This document shows, piece by piece, positions 1 through 10,012 of a stretch of 64,000 nt of DNA. The notes below the pieces were generated by a model. The model saw nothing but the letters and a program-made list of their open reading frames with translations. It ran no database searches and was not told the DNA's origin. Numbering within the stretch: the first letter of the stretch is position 1; each line of letters begins with the position of its first letter. This DNA comes from Thermoplasmatales archaeon I-plasma (lineage in GTDB: Archaea > Thermoplasmatota > Thermoplasmata > Thermoplasmatales > GCA-001856825), in the NCBI GenBank assembly GCA_001856825.1, contig ATMD01000004.1:319919-383918 (forward strand), in the 5' to 3' direction. The translations under genes were made by a program, and so were the position numbers.

Positions 1-6
1 TATCGT

Positions 7-1467
7 TTGAAATACCCTACTCGGTGGACCTATTTGCACTATGTGAATTACTCTAGAGTGCCGATTAAACACTCTGACCCGGTTGAGAGAGTAAAGAGCT
101 TAGATGTTCAAACATTGATTCCTTACACCCTTGAAGAAGTAACAGCTGAGGCATCGAGATGCCTTGGCTGCGGGCTTTGCGTCGAGGGGTGTCCTGCACG
201 AATCGACGTTCCTGGTTTTCAGATAGCACTGAAGAACGGAAACATTGAGGAGGGCCTGAAGATAAATTTCGAGAAACTTCCCTTCGTAGGAGTTTGCGGA
301 AGCGTATGCCCTCATCCCTGTGAAGACAACTGCGTACTGGATGACAATAAAGGACCGGTGGCAACCAGGCATATCAAGAGGTACATATCAGAGAATTCTC
401 AGAATTACAAGGAGATGCTTGGCATAGTCCAGAATGATCTGGGAGGCCATCCGAAGGTCGCAATAATTGGTGGTGGACCATCAGGACTATCAACTGCATT
501 CTATCTTTCAATAAATGGAATACAAGTAGACATCTATGAGGCAACAGATAAGCCTGGCGGAATGATGGTGCATGGTATACCTGATTTTAGGCTCTCGAGG
601 AATACCGTCCGGAAGGAGACGGAACATGTACTTTCGTACGGAGCCCATATCTACTACAACAAGAAGATAGGGAGGGACGTGAAGTTTGAGGAGCTTATGG
701 AAAAATATGATGCAATCTATATTGCTATAGGCAACTGGAAACCATCCAAGACTAGAACGCCTGGGGTCGACCTGAAGGGCGTTTATCACGCAATTGATTT
801 CCTGAAGCAGATAAACGATGGTAAGAAGATAGACGTGGGGGATACTGTTGCTATAATAGGAGGGGGCTTCACTGCTTTCGATGCAGCTAGGATGTCCCTG
901 AGACTTGGGGCAAAAAAGGTCGTTGTGATGTACAGGAGATCAGTAAGTGACAGGCCTGGCTACCCCTCCAGCAACGCTGAAGAGGAGCTTGAGGAGGCAG
1001 AAGAGGAGAAAGTACAATTCATCTGGGAAGTTACACCGATAGAGTATTACGGCAAGGATGGGAAGGTAAAGGGTATCAGGTACTGGAAGAACCAGATGGT
1101 GGATAAGGGAACTGGCAGAAGGGAACCCGTTCCATTAAAGGATAGGAAGTATAGCATTGAAGTGGATACTGTTGTCGAGGCCACTGGTCAGAAAGGTGAC
1201 CTTTCTTTCATACCGGAAGACATCATGAAAAAGATAGAGATTACTTCATCCGGCGACATCAGAGTTAACCAGTACAACATGACAAGCTACCCAGGTATAT
1301 TTGCCGGCGGGGACATAACGAATGCCAGGAAGGATATTATAAGCGGCGTTGCGGATTCAGGAAGGGCAAGTATGGGAATACTTTTCTACTTCAAGGATAC
1401 TGGAAAGATAGAAAAAGTGCCTGCAAAACTGATAAATTTTGAAAGAGGGCCATACGCAGTAACATAA
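7..1467 (+). CDS. GltD/SudA-like NAD(P)H-dependent Fe-S flavoprotein oxidoreductase (glutamate synthase small-subunit family)
   Basis: 486-aa ORF, open to the window edge with no upstream in-frame stop, so the true start may lie outside the window. It has Cys clusters CLGCGLCVEGCP and GVCGSVCPHPCEDNC, two GxGxxG dinucleotide motifs (IIGGGPSGLSTA, IIGGGFTAFDAA) and GIFAGGD. This is the typical GltD/SudA/NfnB layout. Confidence 0.8.
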   Translation: MKYPTRWTYLHYVNYSRVPIKHSDPVERVKSLDVQTLIPYTLEEVTAEASRCLGCGLCVEGCPARIDVPGFQIALKNGNIEEGLKINFEKLPFVGVCGSVCPHPCEDNCVLDDNKGPVATRHIKRYISENSQNYKEMLGIVQNDLGGHPKVAIIGGGPSGLSTAFYLSINGIQVDIYEATDKPGGMMVHGIPDFRLSRNTVRKETEHVLSYGAHIYYNKKIGRDVKFEELMEKYDAIYIAIGNWKPSKTRTPGVDLKGVYHAIDFLKQINDGKKIDVGDTVAIIGGGFTAFDAARMSLRLGAKKVVVMYRRSVSDRPGYPSSNAEEELEEAEEEKVQFIWEVTPIEYYGKDGKVKGIRYWKNQMVDKGTGRREPVPLKDRKYSIEVDTVVEATGQKGDLSFIPEDIMKKIEITSSGDIRVNQYNMTSYPGIFAGGDITNARKDIISGVADSGRASMGILFYFKDTGKIEKVPAKLINFERGPYAVT

Positions 1468-1664
1468 ACAGTTATCTCAACTTCTTATCCCAGGTATATA
1501 GTGCGTCTTTTTGCCTTCATTAGGATTAACTTGAATCGCTGAAACGATTGTTGAGAAAACTATTTTATTGACAAGCACATCATTTGCAAGGAGATGGAAT
1601 CCTCCAGCGCTCTCTGGGCCGAACTTTCTAATGAATGATGATTCCTGCTTGGAGCTAGATAGTC

Positions 1665-1790
1665 ATGAATGATCTGGAAAAGGAATTATCGGAAATGGAG
1701 GAGTATCTTTCAATACTCAAGCAGAAACTTATGATTGCGAAAGAAGATCGTGAGATGTTCACCAAAAAATTGGATGAGGTGGAGGGTTGA
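1665..1790 (+). CDS. hypothetical 41-aa charged coiled-coil-like mini-protein
   Basis: ATG ORF found by eye, below the ORF-track cutoff: MNDLEKELSEMEEYLSILKQKLMIAKEDREMFTKKLDEVEG. Its TGA overlaps the TTG of the next ORF. No family recognised. Confidence 0.2.
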   Translation: MNDLEKELSEMEEYLSILKQKLMIAKEDREMFTKKLDEVEG

Positions 1791-1993
1791 ACGACCACGA
1801 AATCAGAATGAAACTTTTCTCGTTAAGCATTGAGGTATCTTCACTGACATTTGAATATTCCCAGATTTTGACAGAAAACAAAATTCTGGCAATCAAATTG
1901 TTTGGCTACAGAGCAAGATCCCCTGAGAAGTTCCCGGATTCGCTAGTAGAAAGGATGGATATCTACATCCGGTCTGACAGGGAAAAGGATTAA
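1787..1993 (+). CDS. hypothetical 68-aa protein
   Basis: ORF-track entry with a TTG start that overlaps the preceding mini-ORF stop (TTGA). No recognisable motif. Confidence 0.25.
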   Translation: MNDHEIRMKLFSLSIEVSSLTFEYSQILTENKILAIKLFGYRARSPEKFPDSLVERMDIYIRSDREKD

Positions 1994-2016
1994 ATTAATC
2001 AGCCTAGGGATTAATA

Positions 2017-3936
2017 TCAAGACAGTTTATCTTCGAACCACTTAGTAATCTCTTCAAGTCTCCTCGCCCTGTTCTTTGGCTTTCCGCCCCTGGACAGGTC
2101 ATGGTTCTCTCCCTTGAATACAATCAGTCTTGCTTCTGAACCCTGAAGTTTCAGCTGCGTGAACATCTCATAAGCCTGCCAAACTGGACACCTGTAATCT
2201 TCGTCAGAGTGGACAATCAGAAGGGGTGTCTTTACATTCCTGACGTATTTAAGAGGTGATTTCGCCCAGTAATGATCAAGATCATCGTACGGATTTCCTC
2301 CAATCTGGTCCGAATTGAACCTCGGCCCGATATCACTGGAAAAGTAGAATGATACCTGGTCGCTTATAGACCTGTCTGTTACCGCCGCCCTGAACTGGTT
2401 GGTGTGCCCTATAATCCAGTTGACCATGAAACCTCCATAGGATCCCCCGATAACCCCAAAATAATTCTTATTCAGGCCGAATTTTTTAGATGAATAATCG
2501 ACTATCTCAAGAATGTCCTTGTAGTCTCTTTCACCATATTTTCCCTTTATTTCTAGGGCAAAATCATCCCCGTAACTATCGCTCCCCCTGGGATTTGTGA
2601 AGATGACGTTGAAGCCAAGGGAGTTTAGCAGGTGAAACTCCAGTATGAACGCTTCCCCGTATGATGTTCTTGGTCCGCCGTGGATTTCAAGGATTGTACC
2701 TTTCCCCTTGCCCTTCAGGAACCATCCTTCTACCTCCCTTCCGTCACTCGCTGTCATCTTAAAATTGGTTGGCTTGTTAATTGCCTTCCTCTCTATTTTT
2801 GAGTTGACACTGGTCAATCTTTCAATCTTCCCGTTGTATAGATATAATTCCTGGGGGATGCTTGAAGACTGCGCTATATAATATATCGCATCCCCCTTGA
2901 AGTCGAATGAGTCAACGGAAAAATCTCCACTTACGACCGCCTCCATCTTTTCCCTTTGGGCAATCCTGTAAATTCCTGCCCTCCCTCTAACAGTTGCAAC
3001 GAAGTATAAGTGGCCGTCGTGCACCGCTGCTGTTTTAGATATACCCATTCTTGAGTCTGAGTTAACAGAGTTTTCAGGAGAAATATCGTATCCATCAAGT
3101 AGGTTTTCCAAATTTCCATTGGAATATCGATAAATTTTCTGGCTTTCAAATATACTCTTCTGGTGTTTAGAGTAGAAGAAATAAAGGGTACCGTCCTTAT
3201 CGTAGACAGGTGTGTCTATCCCTCCCTTAATTCCCTTGATATATTGTATCTCCCCCGTTCCTAAATCAAGAATACCAATCCTTGAATCATAAATATCCCA
3301 TTTATCCGGTCTTTCCACTACTGCTAATTTCTGCGCTGAAGGATCTACAGCGAAATCAGATATCTGTCCATCTGACCCAAGTATTTTCTTTGTCTTGCCG
3401 TTAAGTCTCAGGTGAAGGATCTGGTAGTTTGACGAAGGGTAGAATCCTTCACCGTTGAAGTAGATAGGATACTTCTCCACTATTCTAAAATCATCATCCT
3501 TGGGCTTATCCTGCACGACGATGAAGAGTCCTTTGGAAAAACTGTCCCACTGCATCTTCTTTACATTAAGTTCAGTTTCCCAGAGCTTTCTCTCTTCTCC
3601 AGTCTCTATGTTCTTTATGAATATTGACGTCTTCTTATCCACTCTCGTAAGATAAGCCATTCTAAAGCCGGTTCTATCGATAACAGAATCACGGTCCTCA
3701 TTTCCTCTTGTATACTTGGCAGTGCCGTTATCCGTCAATTCGAGAATCTCCGACTCGTACTTGTTGGATTTCTCAACCGGCTTGAAAACTTCAAAGAATA
3801 CCCTCCCATTTGCAGCATTAAGATTTCCTAGGAATCTCATATCGTAGAAATCTTGTACCTTAATCCCGGACATTAAGTCACTAAGCCGTCTCTTTATAAA
3901 AATGTCACCATTTAGACCGTCTCCAGTTCTTGACAT
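2017..3936 (-). CDS. S9-family serine peptidase (acylaminoacyl-peptidase / prolyl oligopeptidase type) with N-terminal beta-propeller
   Basis: 639 aa. Nucleophile elbow GGSYGG, downstream acid and base contexts HSDEDYRCP and GENHDLS, and a long repetitive N-terminal propeller-like region. Confidence 0.85.
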   Translation of the reverse strand: MSRTGDGLNGDIFIKRRLSDLMSGIKVQDFYDMRFLGNLNAANGRVFFEVFKPVEKSNKYESEILELTDNGTAKYTRGNEDRDSVIDRTGFRMAYLTRVDKKTSIFIKNIETGEERKLWETELNVKKMQWDSFSKGLFIVVQDKPKDDDFRIVEKYPIYFNGEGFYPSSNYQILHLRLNGKTKKILGSDGQISDFAVDPSAQKLAVVERPDKWDIYDSRIGILDLGTGEIQYIKGIKGGIDTPVYDKDGTLYFFYSKHQKSIFESQKIYRYSNGNLENLLDGYDISPENSVNSDSRMGISKTAAVHDGHLYFVATVRGRAGIYRIAQREKMEAVVSGDFSVDSFDFKGDAIYYIAQSSSIPQELYLYNGKIERLTSVNSKIERKAINKPTNFKMTASDGREVEGWFLKGKGKGTILEIHGGPRTSYGEAFILEFHLLNSLGFNVIFTNPRGSDSYGDDFALEIKGKYGERDYKDILEIVDYSSKKFGLNKNYFGVIGGSYGGFMVNWIIGHTNQFRAAVTDRSISDQVSFYFSSDIGPRFNSDQIGGNPYDDLDHYWAKSPLKYVRNVKTPLLIVHSDEDYRCPVWQAYEMFTQLKLQGSEARLIVFKGENHDLSRGGKPKNRARRLEEITKWFEDKLS

Positions 3937-4045
3937 TCAAATACGGACTGGAAAACGCACCCTGTTTTACCAGTTCTTATATTGAGCCATACAGAAATAT
4001 TATTAGCCTAAGATAACATTTCTGGCTGCAAAAAAGGGGAAAAAT

Positions 4046-4843
4046 ATGGACTGGGGAATGAAAAACAGAATCTCAAGAATGATCAAGCCTGCTACTGGTA
4101 GATCTGTAATGCTTGCCGCGGATCATGGATATTTCATGGGACCGACGCGCAAACTAGAAAATCCAAGAAAGATGCTGGAGCCTCTACTGCCCTACGCAGA
4201 CACAGTGGCAGTTACGAGAGGAATACTGAGGACATCAATCGATCCAAAGTGGGATACCCCCATTCTTCTCAGAGTGTCCGGTGGTGCAAGCATCCTGAAA
4301 GATGACCTGAGTGATGAAGAAATTACCACATCAATGGAGGACGCTATAAGACTGAATGTTTCTGCTGTTGCAATTTCCATTTTCGTTGGAACGAACCATG
4401 AAAAGCAATCTCTGATAAACCTCGCTGAACTAGTCAACGAGGGGGAAGAGTTTGGTATGCCCGTTATGGCAATTACTGCGGTGGGAAAGGAGCTGGAGAA
4501 GAGGGATGCCAAATACCTCAGCCTGGCCTGCAGACTTGCAGCCGAAATTGGTGCCCACATTGTCAAGACATATTACTGCGAGAATTTCAGAAAGGTCGCA
4601 GATGGGACCCCTGTTCCTTTGGTAGTGGCGGGAGGGCCAAAACTGGAAACTGAACTGGACGTTTTCAACCTTGTCTACAACGCCCTTCAGGAAGGAGCGA
4701 TCGGAGTGGATATGGGGAGAAACATCTGGCAGAACGATAATCCAGTTGCGATGATAAAGGCAATAAGGGCTATTGTTCACGATAATGCGACAGTAAAGGA
4801 AGCCCAGGATGTATTTGCGGAAAACAAGGGGAAGAAACTATAA
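4046..4843 (+). CDS. class I aldolase of the DhnA/FbaB family (fructose-bisphosphate aldolase or ADH synthase type)
   Basis: 265 aa. MLAADHGYFMGP near the N-terminus and IVKTYY (Schiff-base Lys context) are typical of archaeal COG1830 aldolases. The exact substrate cannot be told from sequence. Confidence 0.75.
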   Translation: MDWGMKNRISRMIKPATGRSVMLAADHGYFMGPTRKLENPRKMLEPLLPYADTVAVTRGILRTSIDPKWDTPILLRVSGGASILKDDLSDEEITTSMEDAIRLNVSAVAISIFVGTNHEKQSLINLAELVNEGEEFGMPVMAITAVGKELEKRDAKYLSLACRLAAEIGAHIVKTYYCENFRKVADGTPVPLVVAGGPKLETELDVFNLVYNALQEGAIGVDMGRNIWQNDNPVAMIKAIRAIVHDNATVKEAQDVFAENKGKKL

Positions 4844-4914
4844 GCTGCTACCTGAACGAATCAGGAAGGGGAATATTGTATTCAACTACTCTCCTTCACA
4901 GCTGCACAATGCCT

Positions 4915-6480
4915 TTATTGATTTTTTAGCTTGATTTCCTTCCTCAGTTCGGCACTAAGTCTTCCAAGTTCTTCCTCCTTCTCGTTCAAGAAAATGAAAG
5001 CCCGGCTCAGTGAAGGATTTGCCTGCCTTACAAGTCTTACCATATCCCTGCTTATCTGTCTGAGGTCGAAATGAGCCTGTGGAGTGGACCTGAGCTCAGT
5101 CAAATAAACTAGTTCCCTCAGATTGAGCGTGATAAGAACAGGCTGTATGTGTGCAAATAGTACAAAGTACTGGGCTGATTTCGGGTCAATTGAGCTTACT
5201 TGCTTGTAAAGTTCGTTAGATTCGGTCACTGCTTCAACGTACCTTTTAGAAAGGCCTTCTATGACAGATATGATTGGTGGGATGTCATAACCATGGGCAG
5301 TGCTCAGTTTCTTTCTCTGAATGGTCAGAGACCTGTGGCGCTGAAGATCTCTGAAAGCTCCAAAATTAGTATTGACCTGGAACGTGTAGTGAACGTGTTC
5401 AAAACTCCTGTCCAGCTTGTTCCTCCTGTTCGTCCTGAGGGAGAGTATTTTGTCGAGCATCTCGACCTTTCTCTGCTTCGTTAGGCCACCAATGTGGCGG
5501 TAGACAGTTTCATAGTCACCATCTGTTCTCTCGAAGTGATAAGATGCAAGTATCTTGTCCAATGCTACTTCGTCATTGTCATATGAAAGAAGCTCTATCT
5601 TTTGCCTGGGTATTGACGCCACAAATTCACCTTCCAGAGGGGCATAATTCTTCAGTTTTGTAAGATAATCCAGATTTTCAAGACCGTGCGGATTCTCCAC
5701 ATTTTCTATAAGCTTTGGGAAAACCAATTTCAGCTCTGCCATCAGTTCGGAATAGAGTTCTCCTGCTTCCTTCAGGCCACTGGTTTTCAGTCTTTCAAGC
5801 AAATGTGAGAATGCTCTTGCGTTTCCGCTCATGCCGATATTGGTGAGGGTCGATGCGGGAAGGATTAGTCTAGTTTCGTCAAGGGCTCTGCTTCTAACAG
5901 AACTTTCATAAGCTTTCTTTAACACATCCTCTTCCCCTTCCCTTTCCCCCAATTTCACCTCCTTGCCGTTTGGTAGGAAGAACCTCGTGCTCTCAAACGG
6001 ATTTTTCTCATGAATATAATCCGAAACACCTGTGAAAATCTCCCCGTAAAGCTCAAATATTCTATTGTTGAATTCTTCATACCTCTCCTGAAATTTACTG
6101 GGTATACCTGCCCTCTTAGGATCTATGAATAGATATTTTCCGTTCCTCTTTTCCCTGTAGGAGACATATCTTGAACTCTTTTCAAGGTATGACAATCCTA
6201 TTCTGCTCTCTTCTATGATTTTCGAGAGCACGTTACTTACATTCTGGATACCCACCTGAGCGGTAGCCAGTTCGGCAACAGATTCGTCTCCGTATTCTAA
6301 GAAAACTCTTTCGTAGAATTTTTCTGCCCTGTCCGGGACTTGTGCAAACTCCTTGTCCCATAATGTCCGTATATCAAGTTCCCTCGTCCTGCTATACCGC
6401 GACATCAGTGCCCCGCGGTCAATCATCTTTTCGCAGGTTATCAGGAAAACATCCTTGTCCCTGTTGGAAAACGAATCCAT
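4915..6480 (-). CDS. thyX: flavin-dependent thymidylate synthase, double-length (tandem ThyX-like domains)
   Basis: 521 aa. The ThyX signature context FRDLQRHRSLTIQR lies in the C-terminal half. The N-terminal half has only a degenerate counterpart (ALMSRYSRTREL). Length is about twice a canonical ThyX. Confidence 0.75.
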   Translation of the reverse strand: MDSFSNRDKDVFLITCEKMIDRGALMSRYSRTRELDIRTLWDKEFAQVPDRAEKFYERVFLEYGDESVAELATAQVGIQNVSNVLSKIIEESRIGLSYLEKSSRYVSYREKRNGKYLFIDPKRAGIPSKFQERYEEFNNRIFELYGEIFTGVSDYIHEKNPFESTRFFLPNGKEVKLGEREGEEDVLKKAYESSVRSRALDETRLILPASTLTNIGMSGNARAFSHLLERLKTSGLKEAGELYSELMAELKLVFPKLIENVENPHGLENLDYLTKLKNYAPLEGEFVASIPRQKIELLSYDNDEVALDKILASYHFERTDGDYETVYRHIGGLTKQRKVEMLDKILSLRTNRRNKLDRSFEHVHYTFQVNTNFGAFRDLQRHRSLTIQRKKLSTAHGYDIPPIISVIEGLSKRYVEAVTESNELYKQVSSIDPKSAQYFVLFAHIQPVLITLNLRELVYLTELRSTPQAHFDLRQISRDMVRLVRQANPSLSRAFIFLNEKEEELGRLSAELRKEIKLKNQ

Positions 6481-6557
6481 GTGACTGTAATTTCAATTCC
6501 GATTTATTCTTTGTCTTATATCGTTGCATCTTTGAGCGACGTCGATAGATAGAAAAA

Positions 6558-8561
6558 ATGGATAAACATATTTTATTAAGACGATATTCGCATTCCATGA
6601 TGTTTACCATTCCGGATCAGGAAAGGAAACTTCTTGAAGAGCGAGTTGAAACCTCCAGGTCTCTTGGAAAAGACGAGTCTCTGGTCCTTCATGGGGGTGG
6701 AAACACTAGCGTCAAGCTAAAGGTCCGCACTGTGGTCGGAAAGAGTATTGACGCACTATTTATCAAGAGTTCGGGCTCAAATCTAGCCACAATAGCGGAA
6801 GGTGATTTCACCGCATTGAAAATCGGTGACCTCATAGACGCCAGATCAGTAGAAAGCATGACAGACGAAGAAATGTCTTCGTTCATCAAGAGCTGTATGC
6901 TTGATCCCGACCAAGCCTTTCCATCAGTCGAGATATTCATCCATACTTTCATAAATGCCAAATTCGTAGACCATTCGCACGCAGATTACATAGTTGCCCT
7001 GACAAACACTGATTTGGATGATAGGGAGATAGCCGATGTTTTCAAGGAAAAAGTACTTGTCATTCCTTATGTTCAGCCTGGATTCCAGCTGGCGAAGCAT
7101 TTCCTGAAGACAATCCGAGAGATGGACCTCTCAAACTTTGCAGGAGTAGTGCTGAGGAACCACGGCCTGGTCACGTGGGGGGATACCGCAAGAGAAAGCT
7201 ATGATACACACCTCAAGCTGGTGAAGGAAGCTCAGAAATTCATAGAGAGCAAATGGAAAGGTATACCTAGGGTACAATTCAGGAAAGAATTGGAAGAGCA
7301 ATTCATTGAGTTCCTGCCTAAGCTTAGAGGTCTCCTCAGCAAGGGCAGAAGGAAGATACTAACATGGGATAACTCTGACGAGGCTGTTGGATTCTCGCTG
7401 AGTGAAGATGCAAGAAAATTCGTGACACTTGGACCCGCAACACCAGACATGCTTGTGAGAACAAAGAAGAATTACCTTTTTTCTGACGACATCTCCAGCA
7501 TCGAGCCTCTTATAGATAAATTCGTGAAGAACTATGAGGAAGATTTCAGGAAATACGTACCTTCGGGAAAGGTTATGCATGACCCCTTCCCATCTGTCCT
7601 TGTCCTAAAGGGATATGGAATCATTGGGGTAGCCAGCACAAAGAAGGAAGCAGACATAATAAGGGATGAAGCAATACATTCATTCCGGGTAGCGTCTGCA
7701 GCTAGTGCTGTCGGCAATAATAGGTTTATAACAGATCAGCAGTGCTTCGACATGGAATACTGGCCGTTCCAAGAGGCAAAGTTGGCCAAGAAGAGAAGGA
7801 AGGAGCTAGAGGGATTCGTTGGGCTAGTCACTGGAGCGGCGAGCGGAATAGGGAAAGTCACTTTCACAAGATTCGTTGATGAGGGCATAATGGCAATAGG
7901 GGGAGATATTGACCCGAGCATAGTTGACCTATCCAAGAAAATGGGAAAGGAAGGTTTTGGCATAAAATTCGACATATCTGATGAGGGGTCCGTTATCCGT
8001 GCATTTAAGGAGATCGTTAAAGAATTCGGGGGGATTGATGTTGTTTTCAACAATGCGGGTTTTTTGAAGCCTTCGCCTTTGGATAAGACAACAGTACAGG
8101 ACCTGAAGAAGCACATAGACATCAATTCAATGGGCACGTTCATAGTGACAAGGGAAGCTTTCAAGATAATGAAGACTCAGGGTATTGGAGGTTCGTTTGT
8201 ATTCAACATCACAAAGAACGTAACTAACCCCGGAGAAGGGATGATGTCTTACGGAACGTCCAAAGCATTCGCAGCACAGCTATCTCGATACGTTGCAATT
8301 GAAGGTGGAAAATTTGGGATAAGGAGCAATGTAGTCAATCCCGACAAGATATTCAGGGAATCAAAAATATGGGAAGGAGGCGTCCTAGAAAATAGGGCAA
8401 GGGCCAAAGGAATAACTCAGGAAGAATACAAGAAGAGCAATCTGTTACATGTTGAAGTACTCCCTGAACACGTTGCCAACGTAGTGGTAGACTTGGTGAA
8501 AGAGAGTATTTTTGGAGCGACCACTGGTACCATGATACCAATAGACGGCGGAATCAAGTAG
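6558..8561 (+). CDS. bifunctional class II aldolase/adducin-domain + short-chain dehydrogenase (rhamnulose-1-phosphate aldolase/alcohol dehydrogenase-like)
   Basis: 667 aa. N-terminal HGGGNTSVK aldolase-family motif. The C-terminal SDR has TGAASGIGK (cofactor binding) and YGTSKAF (YxxxK). Confidence 0.8.
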   Translation: MDKHILLRRYSHSMMFTIPDQERKLLEERVETSRSLGKDESLVLHGGGNTSVKLKVRTVVGKSIDALFIKSSGSNLATIAEGDFTALKIGDLIDARSVESMTDEEMSSFIKSCMLDPDQAFPSVEIFIHTFINAKFVDHSHADYIVALTNTDLDDREIADVFKEKVLVIPYVQPGFQLAKHFLKTIREMDLSNFAGVVLRNHGLVTWGDTARESYDTHLKLVKEAQKFIESKWKGIPRVQFRKELEEQFIEFLPKLRGLLSKGRRKILTWDNSDEAVGFSLSEDARKFVTLGPATPDMLVRTKKNYLFSDDISSIEPLIDKFVKNYEEDFRKYVPSGKVMHDPFPSVLVLKGYGIIGVASTKKEADIIRDEAIHSFRVASAASAVGNNRFITDQQCFDMEYWPFQEAKLAKKRRKELEGFVGLVTGAASGIGKVTFTRFVDEGIMAIGGDIDPSIVDLSKKMGKEGFGIKFDISDEGSVIRAFKEIVKEFGGIDVVFNNAGFLKPSPLDKTTVQDLKKHIDINSMGTFIVTREAFKIMKTQGIGGSFVFNITKNVTNPGEGMMSYGTSKAFAAQLSRYVAIEGGKFGIRSNVVNPDKIFRESKIWEGGVLENRARAKGITQEEYKKSNLLHVEVLPEHVANVVVDLVKESIFGATTGTMIPIDGGIK

Positions 8562-8700
8562 GATACCGCAGTCTAGAAACGGAATTCATATAAACAGCCA
8601 ATTCAAGTTTCAAGCGATGCCCGGAATTGAAGTGTGCAATTGCAATAATGAAGCAATAAATGTCAAGAAAAATATTTTAATCACTTTCATCTAAAAACAT

Positions 8701-9156
8701 ATGGAAAATGAACTTAGAATCGGCGATAAGGCCCCTGACTTTGAGCTACCACCCAGTAGCGAAAAAGGAAAACTGTCGGATCTTAAAGGGAAGGTCGTAG
8801 TAGTTTATTTCTATCCTAAGGACTTTACCCCGGGATGCACCACAGAGGCCTGCAATTTTAGGGACAATTTTGATGATTTCAAAAAAAGAGGAATCGAGGT
8901 TGTCGGTGTGAGCACGGATTCGGAAAACTCGCACAAAAAATTTGTTGAGAAATACGAACTACCGTTCCTCCTGGCACCGGACAGTTCCAAGGAGATATCC
9001 AAGAAATATAACGTGCTGGGCATGGGAACAGCAAAGAGGGTAACTTTCATAATTGACAAGGAAGGAAAGATTGCCTACATCTTTCCAAAGGTGAGCCCAA
9101 AGGAACACGCAAAAGAAGTTCTTGACAAGATTCTTGACCTGGGAATCTCTTCCTAA
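8701..9156 (+). CDS. bcp: peroxiredoxin, Bcp/PrxQ type
   Basis: 151 aa. YFYPKDFTPGCTTEA contains the peroxidatic Cys motif (PxxxTxxC). Confidence 0.9.
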   Translation: MENELRIGDKAPDFELPPSSEKGKLSDLKGKVVVVYFYPKDFTPGCTTEACNFRDNFDDFKKRGIEVVGVSTDSENSHKKFVEKYELPFLLAPDSSKEISKKYNVLGMGTAKRVTFIIDKEGKIAYIFPKVSPKEHAKEVLDKILDLGISS

Positions 9157-9189
9157 GGCTGTTTTCTTCTAAACAACCCTGTAGTGGTA

Positions 9190-9966
9190 TTACTTATTTT
9201 CTTGCACCTGGTCGGTAGAGGGAACCGGGGGTTTTTGATCTCCCTTATTCCTTCTCTGTCTCGACATGGAAATTGCCCTTGCAAAGAATGCAAATGCAAG
9301 GAAGAAAAGGAATGTTATGAGCAGGTAATAAAGTATGAGACTCTCGGATAGAAGCAAGACCACCATAGCTCCAGAGATCAGGATTGGCCCGAGGAATTCT
9401 AGTGGCTGGGCGACTGTGGTGTTGTTGTCCTTGACGTGAAGAGTCATCAAAACAACGTATGCGTGCTGGGACAGTTGTCCGGCATTCCAGGAATACGTGT
9501 AGTTGGATCCTGAGCTGGTGAATGTACCGTTAGTAGAGGCAACAGTAACATTTGTAAACAAGTCCCTAAGTACAAATTCAACGTTACTTGATACGTTATG
9601 GGAAGGTAGGCTGAAGTTGAAAACATAGTTTCCACTGTTATTGGAATAAGCGTAATGAACGTCATATGTGACGGACGATTCTGTAAATGTTGCTGTCGTC
9701 TGGTGGGGTGCTCCTGTCAGAGAAGTGGATATTGCCCCCATCGCCAGGAAAAAAGAAATGATTATTACCAAGAATCCGTAAAAAGCCCTGTCAGAGAATC
9801 TCCACGCCTTTGTGTAATGGAATATGACCACTAGGAGAACTGGGATAAGAAGGTACAAGAATGAGATATAGAATGAAAGATAGAGAAGGATGGATGATAC
9901 GACAATGCCTATGACCATTCCATAGAGACCGTATTTCCTCCTTTTCCCTGAGAGACCTCCCCACAT
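9190..9966 (-). CDS. multi-pass membrane protein with sequon-rich extracellular domain (probable glycoprotein)
   Basis: 258 aa. Hydrophobic helices lie at both ends. The central about 100-aa segment carries at least seven N-x-S/T sequons (NNS, NFS, NVS, NVT, NGT, NYT, NNT/NTT). No family recognised. Confidence 0.55.
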   Translation of the reverse strand: MWGGLSGKRRKYGLYGMVIGIVVSSILLYLSFYISFLYLLIPVLLVVIFHYTKAWRFSDRAFYGFLVIIISFFLAMGAISTSLTGAPHQTTATFTESSVTYDVHYAYSNNSGNYVFNFSLPSHNVSSNVEFVLRDLFTNVTVASTNGTFTSSGSNYTYSWNAGQLSQHAYVVLMTLHVKDNNTTVAQPLEFLGPILISGAMVVLLLSESLILYYLLITFLFFLAFAFFARAISMSRQRRNKGDQKPPVPSTDQVQENK

Positions 9967-10012
9967 TTACTTCGTGTAGATTAAATGAGTTAATTAATAT
10001 TGTTGAAGCCCC

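Noticed and set aside
1635-1700. Box C/D sRNA (ATGATGA at 1635-1641)
   Set aside because: No properly spaced D', C' or D (CTGA) boxes follow, and no terminal stem is present.
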